A stretch of DNA of 64,000 nucleotides from the NCBI GenBank assembly GCA_048128005.1, contig JBEUKZ010000093.1, positions 1-64,000 of the forward strand. Direction: 5' to 3'. Below are positions 24,473-33,976 of this stretch, one piece after another. The notes beneath the pieces are model-generated. The model was not told where the DNA came from. It searched no databases and saw nothing but the letters and a program-made list of their open reading frames with translations. The position numbers were made by a program, and so were the translations under genes. The stretch's first letter is position 1. Each line of letters opens with the position of its first letter. Source of the DNA: Veleropilina oligotropha (taxonomy: Eukaryota).

Positions 24473-25460
24473 GAACCGGCGGCAGCTGGGTATCACGAGG
24501 CACCACGAGAAGTTCCTCACGAACGAAGCCACGCGGTGGTCCATCCAGCAAGTAGTAGAGCACAGGCTCGTCAGGCTTAGTGACGGAGCGTCCAAGCCTG
24601 TAAACTTTTAGAGACCACACCGGGTCAGTAGCACGGCGATGACCCCCCTCCAGCTCACCATCGTAGTAAAGGTAGCGAACATCTACGTCAGAGGGGAGTT
24701 TCTGTTCCTTCCCCTGTCGGCCTGGAACAGTGGCGCCTGGCTTTTGGGCAACGCGAGGTGCCTTGATGGCGTCCTTGGGCTTTTTACCGGTCAGCCTGGT
24801 CACTTCCCCATTCAAGGCCGCAACTACAGCTGCTAACCGGGCGACCCACTCAGTTGACCTTTGACCCTCTTTCGCAGACTCTGCAAACCGCATCTCTGTT
24901 GCATACTGGTGCCCGAAGAGCCGCTCAGCGAGCGTCCGGTTGAAGCGCTCCACAATGCCCTGATCGCGATGGATATCCACACGGCCACGCCTAACCTCGA
25001 CGTTATTCTTTGCCAGCAGCTGGGACACCGCGCCCATAAACTCCCGCCCTGGATCAACCTGAAGCAATTTCGGCCAGCTAAGAGGACTCCGCCTGTAGAT
25101 TCGGGCTAGTGCTTCAGCAACCCCTTTGGCCTCTTTTGTGACCAGAGGCTCAGCCTCTTTAAAGCGACTGGCCACATCAACCACAGTCAAAGCGTACTTA
25201 TAGGTCTTGTGTCTGACCTTGTCATGGGGGAGAAACAGGAGGTCGGCTTGGTGAACCTCGTTTGGCGTTACGACGTCGAATTTTGGTCTTGGAATCCGCC
25301 GTGGCGCAGGTAAATAGATCTGCCATATAGCCTGCCTCTTAAGCCATGTCCGGGCCTCCACTTCAGACGCCTTGGCAGCGTCAGCTAGTTTCTTTATCGC
25401 GGCAATGCCTTTCCAGTAGCCCTTAGGGCTGTAGTACATCCTCGCAAGCTTACTATCCAT
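24462..25460 (-). CDS. Retroviral-type (rve) DDE integrase
   Basis: HQADL, LTVVDVASR, LQVDPGREF, GIVERFNRTL (D,D,E intact); Polinton-like YYSPKG N-terminus. Confidence 0.95.
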   Translation of the reverse strand: MDSKLARMYYSPKGYWKGIAAIKKLADAAKASEVEARTWLKRQAIWQIYLPAPRRIPRPKFDVVTPNEVHQADLLFLPHDKVRHKTYKYALTVVDVASRFKEAEPLVTKEAKGVAEALARIYRRSPLSWPKLLQVDPGREFMGAVSQLLAKNNVEVRRGRVDIHRDQGIVERFNRTLAERLFGHQYATEMRFAESAKEGQRSTEWVARLAAVVAALNGEVTRLTGKKPKDAIKAPRVAQKPGATVPGRQGKEQKLPSDVDVRYLYYDGELEGGHRRATDPVWSLKVYRLGRSVTKPDEPVLYYLLDGPPRGFVREELLVVPRDTQLPPVLRR

Positions 25461-25685
25461 CAGCAATGTATTCCAGTAAACTGATCAGTCTCCAACAGGC
25501 TTCAGCTTCCGGAGCCGGTCGCTGCGCAGTGGTCGCCCGTAGGTTGGTCGGGCCCGAGAGCACCAGGACCGCGAACCGCACCATAGTCTTTTCGTCGCGG
25601 CGCCAGCAGTCGAGTAACGTAGTACTATAGCCGACCGCAAGCATAGCGCAGTACAGCTCTTCTGGGAGCCCCATTATTATACATG
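25453..25685 (-). CDS. Small viral ORF, unknown function (start uncertain)
   Basis: Fills the gap between co-oriented genes and overlaps the integrase start. Confidence 0.4.
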
Positions 25686-25714
25686 CCAACGAAAAAAATG
25701 TCCACTGGAAATAA

Positions 25715-26143
25715 TTAGGCGAGCTTGTAGGCGACCAACCCGGTCGCAGCCATCCCCAGGATGATGAAGGTGATCTCACGTCCCTTCTGGCCATCGCTCG
25801 GTGTGTAGTAGTCAGACAGGGCGGGCTCAGGGCCACCCTCCAGGTCGGGGTCAAGGTTCTTGCCGGTGATCAATGCATACTCACGGATCGCGGCGTCAAC
25901 ATCCCGGAATGTGCCAACGGCATGACCCTGACGGCGAAGTTCAACGTTCAGCCAGTCGAGACGCTCTGCCCTCTGTTGTGACCATTTAGTCTGAGCAGCG
26001 TTGAGCTGTTCTACAGCAATGTCGTGGCGTTTACGCTCCGCATCGACACCGGAGCTGCGTAGCTTCGAGAAGAGGAAGTTGGAGCCGCTGAAGGCGAGGG
26101 CGTTGACGAGAGCGCCCCCAACCAGCATCGCAATGGAAGCCAT
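25715..26143 (-). CDS. Putative membrane protein with coiled coil and C-terminal anchor
   Basis: MASIAMLVGGALVNALAFSGS hydrophobic N-terminus; C-terminal ITFIILGMAATGLVAYKL. Confidence 0.75.
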   Translation of the reverse strand: MASIAMLVGGALVNALAFSGSNFLFSKLRSSGVDAERKRHDIAVEQLNAAQTKWSQQRAERLDWLNVELRRQGHAVGTFRDVDAAIREYALITGKNLDPDLEGGPEPALSDYYTPSDGQKGREITFIILGMAATGLVAYKLA

Positions 26144-26174
26144 TGAAATGCTGCGATTATCTAGCAAGGTCCCA

Positions 26175-26414
26175 CTACTTCAATATATCGGCCGGAATGA
26201 TGCCTTGCTTGATCAGCATGTCTTTCGTCGCCATGGCGAGCGCTACGTCGAGGACGACCATCCCGACATCGTAGCCCGTGAAGTCCAGTTTGGGGCTCGC
26301 TCCCTTGAATACCATCTTTGTCAGGCGTGCGTAGCCAATGGCGAGGCCTGACACTATAGCGGCGTGGTATACAGCGTTGCCGAGCATCTTTCCATCAGTG
26401 ATTGGGGTAGTCAT
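26175..26414 (-). CDS. Small hydrophobic protein (79 aa)
   Basis: Two hydrophobic segments; tight packing with neighbours. Confidence 0.7.
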   Translation of the reverse strand: MTTPITDGKMLGNAVYHAAIVSGLAIGYARLTKMVFKGASPKLDFTGYDVGMVVLDVALAMATKDMLIKQGIIPADILK

Positions 26415-26439
26415 AACTGTTGATTAGTACCGTTTGCGA

Positions 26440-26931
26440 CTATTGCATATGAAAAGGGTTCTGCTTCTTCAATTCGATAGTGGGGGCGGCCCGAGAGCAC
26501 CGAGCGTCCGCGTCTGGTGGCTGTTGATGTGGTGTGGATGGACCAGGGTTGCTGCATTCTGAGGACGTCTTCCAGACAACAAATACCAACGCAACCGTAC
26601 CGGCAGCGACGGCTACCTGGGTCCAATTAAATAGGTCCGATTTCCGTGTATCTGGCGCACGCGGTCTTTCTGCAGCTGGAACCGCCTCCCCGGGCTGTTC
26701 TGATGGAACGACAACACTTGTTGGGGCACTCAGGTCTTCTTTCATTTTTCGAACCGCGGCCAGTAGCTTCTCCTGCTTGGCTTTTCGAGCAGCAGCGCCG
26801 GCCCTCCCTGCAGCCACTTTTTTCGGGTCCTTTTTACTCACTGATGAGTCCGTCGAAGAAGTCACCCTCTCTATCGGCTGGCTCTCGATCGGCTGTCTCT
26901 CGATCACTTGGTCCACTTCCGGCGTTGTCAT
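26440..26931 (-). CDS. Basic-motif protein with one TM segment
   Basis: KKDPKKVAAGRAGAAARKAK basic helix; VAVAAGTVALVFVVW TM. Confidence 0.7.
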   Translation of the reverse strand: MTTPEVDQVIERQPIESQPIERVTSSTDSSVSKKDPKKVAAGRAGAAARKAKQEKLLAAVRKMKEDLSAPTSVVVPSEQPGEAVPAAERPRAPDTRKSDLFNWTQVAVAAGTVALVFVVWKTSSECSNPGPSTPHQQPPDADARCSRAAPTIELKKQNPFHMQ

Positions 26932-27595
26932 CTTGATCTGGTATCTTAGGCGGGCAAACATGTCCAAATTGGCAGTGCTTAGCCGTGGTCAACGCTGCGG
27001 TCAGCGGTGCGAGGTACATGCCATATTTATAATACAGCTCACAGCTTGCAGTGGTCAGGGCATGTGAGATGAACGGGTCGGCCTCCAGGTCGGCGATCAG
27101 TCGTAGCTGGTTTGCTGGTGGAATGGGCAGGAACATCCCAGCTGCACCCGCATACAGCTGTATAGCAGCGGCCCCGAGGGTCTTCGTCATGTCAGCACCT
27201 AGCTTCGCTTCATACCGTGCGTGGTGTTTCTCAACCTCGTCGTCAGTCATATCGTCGATTCGGTCCACTGTGAGGTTACGCCCCATGTATCGGTGGGCCT
27301 GTCCTCCAACGGCTAATGCTGCAAGCCTCTCCCGTTTCTTTGCCATCCCTATGGAGCCAGTTTCAGGTTCCTCGTGCTGCGAGCAGCGTTTGGTCGTCGA
27401 GCGGGGTGAGCTGCTGCTCACGGTCGTTTCTTCCTCGTCATCCATGAGTTGATCGATGAGGCTGTCCATCCTTAAGCGTTTCCAACATCTCCTCGCCAGT
27501 CTAATATAGCGATAATGCCAATACCACAACGTTACGAGTAGCAACAAGATCAGGCTCTGGCTGAAAGCAAAAGCTATGTATACCGCGTCCGACAT
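26834..27595 (-). CDS. Viral protein of unknown function, possible N-terminal TM
   Basis: 253-aa ORF co-oriented between the ATPase and the next gene; alternative start at 27468. Confidence 0.7.
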   Translation of the reverse strand: MSDAVYIAFAFSQSLILLLLVTLWYWHYRYIRLARRCWKRLRMDSLIDQLMDDEEETTVSSSSPRSTTKRCSQHEEPETGSIGMAKKRERLAALAVGGQAHRYMGRNLTVDRIDDMTDDEVEKHHARYEAKLGADMTKTLGAAAIQLYAGAAGMFLPIPPANQLRLIADLEADPFISHALTTASCELYYKYGMYLAPLTAALTTAKHCQFGHVCPPKIPDQDDNAGSGPSDRETADREPADREGDFFDGLISE

Positions 27596-27626
27596 GCTGG
27601 GTAGATGCTCAGTAGACTACAGCTTG

Positions 27627-28259
27627 CTACAGCACACTATAAGCAACGGGCTGATCAGTTTTCAACAGAAGCTTAGCGTGTCGTGTCTCGGTCAACAGCC
27701 TGCGAACCGCGGTCCGTTCATCCTGCGACGGGATTACATCGTTCTCGCGCAGACAGTCCTCGAAACTGTCGCGGTCCTTGCAATGGAACAGCGCGACCCA
27801 GCGGGTCTGCTCTCTGAGCTCCTTCAAGACCGAGTTGTACTTTTGCGTCACTACCCATACGCTCTGGGAAGCATGCCTGCCGCTGAAGGCCAACAAAGTC
27901 AGCATGTCCCTCCTCTTTGCCATAGCCTTGCTCGCGGCGCAGTCGTCGATTATGTACAGAGTTGATTCCCCCTGAAACAGTCGGTAGAACCCCCGCAGCC
28001 AGTCATGGAGTCGCTCACCCGGGGGGACTAAATACACATCAGGGTCGGTCCAGATCCACGGACAAGACTGGTATGCTTTGTTGTACTTGATCGTGGGGCA
28101 GAGGACCACGATATGCTGGAAGACGCCTCGATACTCCCCTTCCAGCAGTTCAAGCATGAAAACCGTCTTCCCACAGCCCGTCTGGCCGCAGATGATTGCG
28201 GAGTGGGGGTCCTTGGTGTGCGGAAATCGTTTAGTACAGTGCTTCGACGAATCGGCCAT
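27627..28259 (-). CDS. A32/FtsK-HerA genome-packaging ATPase
   Basis: Walker A GQTGCGKT, Walker B YIIDD, arginine finger SGRH, VVTQ sensor. Confidence 0.93.
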   Translation of the reverse strand: MADSSKHCTKRFPHTKDPHSAIICGQTGCGKTVFMLELLEGEYRGVFQHIVVLCPTIKYNKAYQSCPWIWTDPDVYLVPPGERLHDWLRGFYRLFQGESTLYIIDDCAASKAMAKRRDMLTLLAFSGRHASQSVWVVTQKYNSVLKELREQTRWVALFHCKDRDSFEDCLRENDVIPSQDERTAVRRLLTETRHAKLLLKTDQPVAYSVL

Positions 28260-29532
28260 TCTCGATATTCAGCTGTGCGTCCATGATCACGAACTCGTAG
28301 ACGTTCAGTGGACCGGCCGCTTCGGCTGTTTTAGTGATCTGAATAGTAATGCCTTCACTGGCGTTCTCGACCCTCCGGCCTGACCCGTGCAACTGATCGT
28401 CGTCAGTTACCCGCATATCGATCCAGAGCGCAAATTTCTTAGTCAGAAATTCGCCCAGGGTGACGTCTGCCATCTCCAAGTCCTTTGCGACCATCGCGAC
28501 CTCAGGATGCCGCTTGCTGCAGCCGGAGGCGAACATTTTCTTGGCTTCTTCCCAGATCTGGTATGTTCGCATGCCCTGGCTGTAGATTTGATTCGGGACA
28601 CCCTCGATTGTGACCTCGACCTTTGTGATCTTCGGATTATAGAAGGCCTCAGTATCGCGAGAGAATGGCGCGGCGTCTCTCGCAGGGTCCTCGAACAACA
28701 GTAGTATTCCTTTCATCGACCTCGCCGGTACGTTCACATTCATATTCCACAACGAGTCGCTCTTGTCTAGGGTGAGCTTCCGATGCCGGAGAACACGGTC
28801 GTACAGGATTACGAGTTGACCCTGGTATTGATTTCGAATCCGTCTGGCAAGCTCGGATTGGGTTACCATGTCATATTCGAGGGATATATTGTCGATGGAA
28901 TAGCTGGAACCGGAGTCGTCCGTCTCCCGGATAGTCCGGGAGTAGTCGTTGAACGTTAGCTCATACTCGAGACGGTCTCCAAGGGCGCTTTGATAGAATG
29001 GCATGTGACTTTCCAACAGCTCGAAATCCAGCGGGATGCGGAATCGGTTACCGTACGCGGCCGCGACCGCGACATCCTCAGACAGTCTGAAGGCGTCTGC
29101 CGCGCCAACACGATGCTTCGTAGTGTTGTGTCCATCGCTGGTATCAATCCCCTGGTACTGGGCGTTCTTGCGCTCCCCGGTGGTCTTCCAGAGATCGCAG
29201 TAGCAGTGGTACACGTCGGAGTCGTCAATCGACATGATCTCGTTTCCACTTATCTTTATCGTGGTCTTTCTGATCACGGCACGGCCGATATTTTGCACTA
29301 CAGTCCTATTCGCATTTACCGAGGTCAGTGAGATGGTAAATGCAAGGTGGGCAGTCCCTGGAACGATCACGTCATTCGCCCCGAGATTAGGGAACCGAAC
29401 CAGGAGCTGCTGGTTCGGGGCAATCGTTGATGGATTGTTTGTAATCGTGACCGACTGGCGGATGCCCTTGACCGCGAGGGGCTCACGCAGCCTGCGGTAT
29501 GGATTAAGCTTGCGTCCGTATACGCTAGTCAT
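28231..29532 (-). CDS. Putative double jelly-roll major capsid protein
   Basis: ~433 aa, beta-strand-rich (LLVRFPNL, LAFTISL, FRIPLDF, LEYELTF, ITKVEVTIEGVP, FALWIDM), overlapping the packaging ATPase; assignment from size, pattern and context. Confidence 0.75.
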   Translation of the reverse strand: MTSVYGRKLNPYRRLREPLAVKGIRQSVTITNNPSTIAPNQQLLVRFPNLGANDVIVPGTAHLAFTISLTSVNANRTVVQNIGRAVIRKTTIKISGNEIMSIDDSDVYHCYCDLWKTTGERKNAQYQGIDTSDGHNTTKHRVGAADAFRLSEDVAVAAAYGNRFRIPLDFELLESHMPFYQSALGDRLEYELTFNDYSRTIRETDDSGSSYSIDNISLEYDMVTQSELARRIRNQYQGQLVILYDRVLRHRKLTLDKSDSLWNMNVNVPARSMKGILLLFEDPARDAAPFSRDTEAFYNPKITKVEVTIEGVPNQIYSQGMRTYQIWEEAKKMFASGCSKRHPEVAMVAKDLEMADVTLGEFLTKKFALWIDMRVTDDDQLHGSGRRVENASEGITIQITKTAEAAGPLNVYEFVIMDAQLNIENGRFVEALY

Positions 29533-29568
29533 GGCTGAATTAGATGCGTATCCCACTGATGTATTCAA

Positions 29569-30882
29569 ATGGCGGAATTCGAGAACCCCGCATTCGAGCC
29601 GGACGATCTCATCGACAACGATGATACCATCATCGACGATACTGATGTGGATCTATCCACCGACCGGTTTATGCCTGTTCTTTCGGAACGGCCACAGGAA
29701 GGAACCAGCAGTCTTCAGCAAGAGCTCGTTCAGGGCGTGGTTGACGACTACTACAAAGCCCTGGCACAGGAGGGGCAGACCCCAGCCATGGGGCGAGATT
29801 ATTCAAAATTCAAGTATGTGAGGGGAAAATTAGGGAGGGGGGGGAAATTGGTGATGACGGACTACCCCGACATCAATCTCATAAATTCTCGCACCGGCAA
29901 CCCCTTGGCGTTGTCAACAATAGCTGGCCGGCCTGGTGGGGGTGATGCAATCCGTGAAGGGTTGGGTTTTGTACACTGGACGCGGGGGGAAAAAAAGCTG
30001 GCCTCAAAAGCGGTTGCAGTTCTTCAGGCAGCCGACAACGAGTTGAGCGGTGCGGCCGCCAATGTCGAAAACATAGAACTGCGGGACTTGGGGCAGACTG
30101 CTACTGATGCCTCGGTAGCAATCCACACGATGGAGACGAAATTCACTGATACCGAGGTTGAAGAGATCTTAGGCACAATGGGGGACCCTCCATTAAATCT
30201 TCGCGAGCTTCGCGGACTTGACAAGGCGATGCAGACCATCCGAGGCGAACTAACCAACAATCTAGCCAAACTAACGGCGCTGGACGAACACATAGAGCTG
30301 GAGAAGATGAAGCTCGATCAGGCAGATGAAGAGGGCGGTGTGGATGAGTTCATCCGTCGACGGATCGCGGAACGTCTGCGCGACCTGAATGATGAAAGAG
30401 CAGCTCGCCTAGAGGCAGCATCATCAAGCCGGGAGGCCCTTCGCTCTCAAATCAGCCGGATCCGAGAGATGATAAGTCGGATCCTGAACACCGACACAAC
30501 GCTGGCCGAGCGTATCCGGACCCTGTTCCGCGAGCAAGGGGTCACGATCGCAACAATACTGACCGCTATCGGGCTCGCCATCTCGACTTTGGTACTAGCC
30601 CTGACAGGTGGAGCGCCGAGCCCGCCAACGCCACCACCACCTCCCAGTGGTCAGGGCGGGGTCAAGGAGTGGGTCAAAAAGCAGCTGCAGAACCTGGGAA
30701 GGATTCTAGGCAAACTAGCAGGGAAGGCCGCAGCCGCGCTCCCAGGAATACTTGGAAGCCTGGTCTCCTGGCTAATCAACCTGATTGGCAAGACAGCATC
30801 GTGGCTCGCTGAAAACCTATGGGCACTGGTCATATCAGTTGGGGGCTTGCTTCTTATTGCCGCTAGACAGTGGGTCACGTAA
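29569..30882 (+). CDS. Coiled-coil membrane protein with Pro-rich hinge and amphipathic tail
   Basis: Long heptad region, TM VTIATILTAIGLAISTLVLAL, PSPPTPPPPP, amphipathic helices, terminal TM. Confidence 0.85.
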   Translation: MAEFENPAFEPDDLIDNDDTIIDDTDVDLSTDRFMPVLSERPQEGTSSLQQELVQGVVDDYYKALAQEGQTPAMGRDYSKFKYVRGKLGRGGKLVMTDYPDINLINSRTGNPLALSTIAGRPGGGDAIREGLGFVHWTRGEKKLASKAVAVLQAADNELSGAAANVENIELRDLGQTATDASVAIHTMETKFTDTEVEEILGTMGDPPLNLRELRGLDKAMQTIRGELTNNLAKLTALDEHIELEKMKLDQADEEGGVDEFIRRRIAERLRDLNDERAARLEAASSSREALRSQISRIREMISRILNTDTTLAERIRTLFREQGVTIATILTAIGLAISTLVLALTGGAPSPPTPPPPPSGQGGVKEWVKKQLQNLGRILGKLAGKAAAALPGILGSLVSWLINLIGKTASWLAENLWALVISVGGLLLIAARQWVT

Positions 30883-32158
30883 GCCAAATAAACGCTAGAC
30901 CAACGACAATGCCGCCCACGATAAGTGCGGTTTTCTCCTCGTCATGTGCCGCTGGAACAGCCGCCACTGAGGCCACAGCTGGCAGAGAGCTTGGATGCTT
31001 CGGAGTGACCGCATCTGCGGGTAAGACGGCGTCTTGTGGGATGACCAATCCTGTTTCTCCAGTCTCCCCAGTGGCGTTGTGCGGCACAGGATTGGCCGCG
31101 TTCACCGTAGTATTAAGACCGAGTGTCTGGTCTTCCGTGGCGACGACGATCTCATTGTTATAACCAGCCACCTGCCCGATCCGTAGAAGCATGTTACTTG
31201 GCGCCATGTACAGGCCAACGCCGAATACGAAGTCCACTTTGGACCTCGCATACTGGAGCACCTCTTGGTACCGTTTGATGGCTGCTGGGAGGTCAACGGG
31301 GGATGCGATGGCGTCTTCCACGTTCGCCAGGAACTGTTTCTGTGCGTCAAACGCCGTCCCACTACCCAGAATACTTACACGCGTTTGAGCCTGCGCTCCA
31401 AGAATAGCCCAGACGTAGGTCCTGATGGAATCATTGAGCCTTTCCACGCCGGCCCTCGTGAATCCCACCGACCTGTCCAGAATAAAAGTAGCCCAACCGT
31501 TTTTAAGTGCAGGCGCTTGCGCGATGTAGTCCACGTGCAGATTCGTGTTGGTCGTACCTTTGGTGAAGGACATTCGGCTTGGATCATAGTCACGTCCGAT
31601 GGGGTGGTAGCCATTGTTCGTCCAGTAGCTGTAAGCGGTGCCTAGTCCGCCGTTGGGACCCTTGACACGCCAGTCGGTATGGGGAGACACCCCAAATTCG
31701 CTGCAGATCTTCTCATATGCCCTGCGGTCATACGGGTTGTCGAATGCATCCCACGTCCGGTCCTGTGGCAGCGGCGCCTGAATTTCGGATAAGATTCGTC
31801 TGACCTGATAGTAGACGTGGAAGGTGAATACAGCAGTGGAGAGGGGGTCGGTCGCATTTAAGTGGTCTTCTGAGGAGATTCCGGAACCTGTTGTGGCACA
31901 CCAAACTGCGAAATTGACCTTGTTCTGCCAGAACCTCATCGGCGTGCTGTTCCAATCCCTTATCAGCCCGTCACTAGCGACATGAGGGAGGCGGTATTTC
32001 TGAAAGACGTCAGGGTATGTTGCCCCGAATGTAGTGGTTGAGCTATTACCCACATTGATGCTTGGTCTCGTAAGCTGCTCATCTTTGATCTTTGCTGGGT
32101 ACACCACACCGGTCGGATAGGCCGCACTCCTATTAAACGCAAAGGCGCTCTTAGCCAT
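30875..32158 (-). CDS. 427-aa viral protein with C-terminal membrane anchor, unknown function
   Basis: Intact ORF ending ALIVGGIVVGLAFIWLT. Confidence 0.85.
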   Translation of the reverse strand: MAKSAFAFNRSAAYPTGVVYPAKIKDEQLTRPSINVGNSSTTTFGATYPDVFQKYRLPHVASDGLIRDWNSTPMRFWQNKVNFAVWCATTGSGISSEDHLNATDPLSTAVFTFHVYYQVRRILSEIQAPLPQDRTWDAFDNPYDRRAYEKICSEFGVSPHTDWRVKGPNGGLGTAYSYWTNNGYHPIGRDYDPSRMSFTKGTTNTNLHVDYIAQAPALKNGWATFILDRSVGFTRAGVERLNDSIRTYVWAILGAQAQTRVSILGSGTAFDAQKQFLANVEDAIASPVDLPAAIKRYQEVLQYARSKVDFVFGVGLYMAPSNMLLRIGQVAGYNNEIVVATEDQTLGLNTTVNAANPVPHNATGETGETGLVIPQDAVLPADAVTPKHPSSLPAVASVAAVPAAHDEEKTALIVGGIVVGLAFIWLT

Positions 32159-32165
32159 AGCTACT

Positions 32166-32906
32166 ATGTTTCACACATTAACAAACGTTCAAGAGGGGAC
32201 CGCGGTTGCCCTCCTGGAGCCGATTGATAACCGGGACGGCAAGCTATGTGTCAGCTTGCAGTCGCTCGACTATTGGGTAGGCTGGCACAACGTGCATGCC
32301 GGAGCCTTCTTTAAGACACCGGATACCACGGTCGACGTGGCACCAGGTTTCTACAGCTTCGATGACCTCGCCAAGACGATGAAGAGGTCGCTAGTTAACC
32401 TACAACTAGATGTAAGCCATGCTACAGGGCTCGCCCGAATCGTGGTCCCAGAGGGGACTCGACTCGCGATAAGCGACGATATACGAAAACTCCTCGGCTT
32501 AGACCTCTCTTCGTTTATTCTCGATAAAGCAGGGAATCTGAACCAACCGGTTCGGGGAGTACAGGGCCAACCACCTCCCCCTCCGGAGAGATCCGAGTGG
32601 CTACGCCCTGGGACTTATGACGGGAATAAGCCTGTCGGGTTTGCCATAGCGCCAACCCTGCACGTCCACCTGGAGCAGCTTAGTACAACGCACAATGTGA
32701 AGGACGGCGCCCCGAGCACTATTCTCGCGGTGGTCCCTATCACGTCGCAGATGTTCGGTGAAGCTGGCCACTATCATAGCTATCCCGCCGGCCGGCGACT
32801 ACAGGCCGGGCTAATCACAGAGTTGAAGGTGTATGTCACAGACGCAGACAGTAATCTGCTAGACAATCACGGCATGCCCATTACCGCAGTCCTTGCGATA
32901 CAATGA
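32166..32906 (+). CDS. Putative minor capsid (penton, single jelly-roll) protein
   Basis: C-terminal pattern LHVHLEQL...STILAVVP...ITELKVYVTDADSNLLDNHGMPITAVLAI resembles Polinton pentons. Confidence 0.7.
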   Translation: MFHTLTNVQEGTAVALLEPIDNRDGKLCVSLQSLDYWVGWHNVHAGAFFKTPDTTVDVAPGFYSFDDLAKTMKRSLVNLQLDVSHATGLARIVVPEGTRLAISDDIRKLLGLDLSSFILDKAGNLNQPVRGVQGQPPPPPERSEWLRPGTYDGNKPVGFAIAPTLHVHLEQLSTTHNVKDGAPSTILAVVPITSQMFGEAGHYHSYPAGRRLQAGLITELKVYVTDADSNLLDNHGMPITAVLAIQ

Positions 32907-33265
32907 GCAGCAGCATCTATGGGACCCTGCGGGCAGATGAGCCCTCTTCCCCGACCCGGTGGCACTTTGTTCTTAATTGTGGAGAAGCACCCAAGAAGAA
33001 GGGACTGGCGAAGAGGGAGTTCCTTCTTCCCAATAATGGAGGCCGGTTTGGGTTGAACCCAGCCCTCCTAATGATTCACATGACGCCGGTCCAGCCCGCC
33101 GGGGGCCCCAAAGCATGTTCCATAAGTACGCTTGGCCTGAATTCGGACAGGCTGACCCTCGCCTTCGTCGTCAAGGCCCCGTGGGTTGGCACGATGTATT
33201 TGAACGTTTCCGTAACGGTAGACATTCGGAATCAACAGGCTGAACAATACAGCCACGAACAATGA
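32903..33265 (+). CDS. 120-aa beta-rich viral protein, unknown function
   Basis: ATGA start/stop overlaps with both neighbours. Confidence 0.65.
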   Translation: MSSSIYGTLRADEPSSPTRWHFVLNCGEAPKKKGLAKREFLLPNNGGRFGLNPALLMIHMTPVQPAGGPKACSISTLGLNSDRLTLAFVVKAPWVGTMYLNVSVTVDIRNQQAEQYSHEQ

Positions 33266-33894
33266 ACAACAAGCCCTCAGCGCCAACGCTGTACCCACAG
33301 CTTGGTGGCGATGTGCCTTCGGAACTGCATGAGGCACAGTCTTTCCGACTACAGAAAGTAAATGAGCTTCAGGGACAGCTAGAGCGAGAACGGGATGCCC
33401 GGGCTGCACTATATAAAAAATACCGCCGAGGTGTTAACGTCGTTGACGGGATAGATAACGGACTAGTCGTCGCGACCCTTGGTATGGGTAGCGCTGGAAT
33501 TGGTCTACTTTCCACAATTGTAGCCGCCCCGGTCGTCCTAGTGCTGGAACTAGCGGCATTAGGGTGTGGGCTCGCTAGTATGGGTGGAAAGTATATCAGC
33601 CGGCGCCTCGGGGTGAAGGCTAAGAAACACGACGAGATTAGAGTCCTGGCCGACAGCAAGCTGAATACCATAACCGACCACGTCTCAAAGGCATTATCGG
33701 ACGGGGTGATGTCTGATGATGAATTCCAACTGGTCACAGGGGAGATGGAGAAATACCAAGCCATGAAGGCATCAATCCGGGATAAGAGTAGGAAGGCGCA
33801 CACCGCGATTTCACAGACCCAAAGCGAGCTTATTGAGCGTGGTCGTTTAGAGGGTCGTGCAGAGCTGCTGAAAAAAATCGGAGCTGGCGACTAA
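33262..33894 (+). CDS. Two-TM coiled-coil protein with N-terminal PSAP/LYPxL motifs
   Basis: KPSAPTLYPQL, FRLQKVNEL coiled coil, Gly/Ala-rich hydrophobic hairpin. Confidence 0.85.
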   Translation: MNNKPSAPTLYPQLGGDVPSELHEAQSFRLQKVNELQGQLERERDARAALYKKYRRGVNVVDGIDNGLVVATLGMGSAGIGLLSTIVAAPVVLVLELAALGCGLASMGGKYISRRLGVKAKKHDEIRVLADSKLNTITDHVSKALSDGVMSDDEFQLVTGEMEKYQAMKASIRDKSRKAHTAISQTQSELIERGRLEGRAELLKKIGAGD

Positions 33895-33976
33895 CTATCC
33901 AGGTTGAGCGTAGCCACGACTACCCCGCTCCTCCCCCGTATTAAAGCTAGAAATCGACAGTGATATCTGGACAACC

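Noticed and set aside
20654..33803. Many overlapping antisense and alternative-frame ORFs inside the virus
   Set aside because: Shadow ORFs expected in GC-rich coding DNA; no motifs
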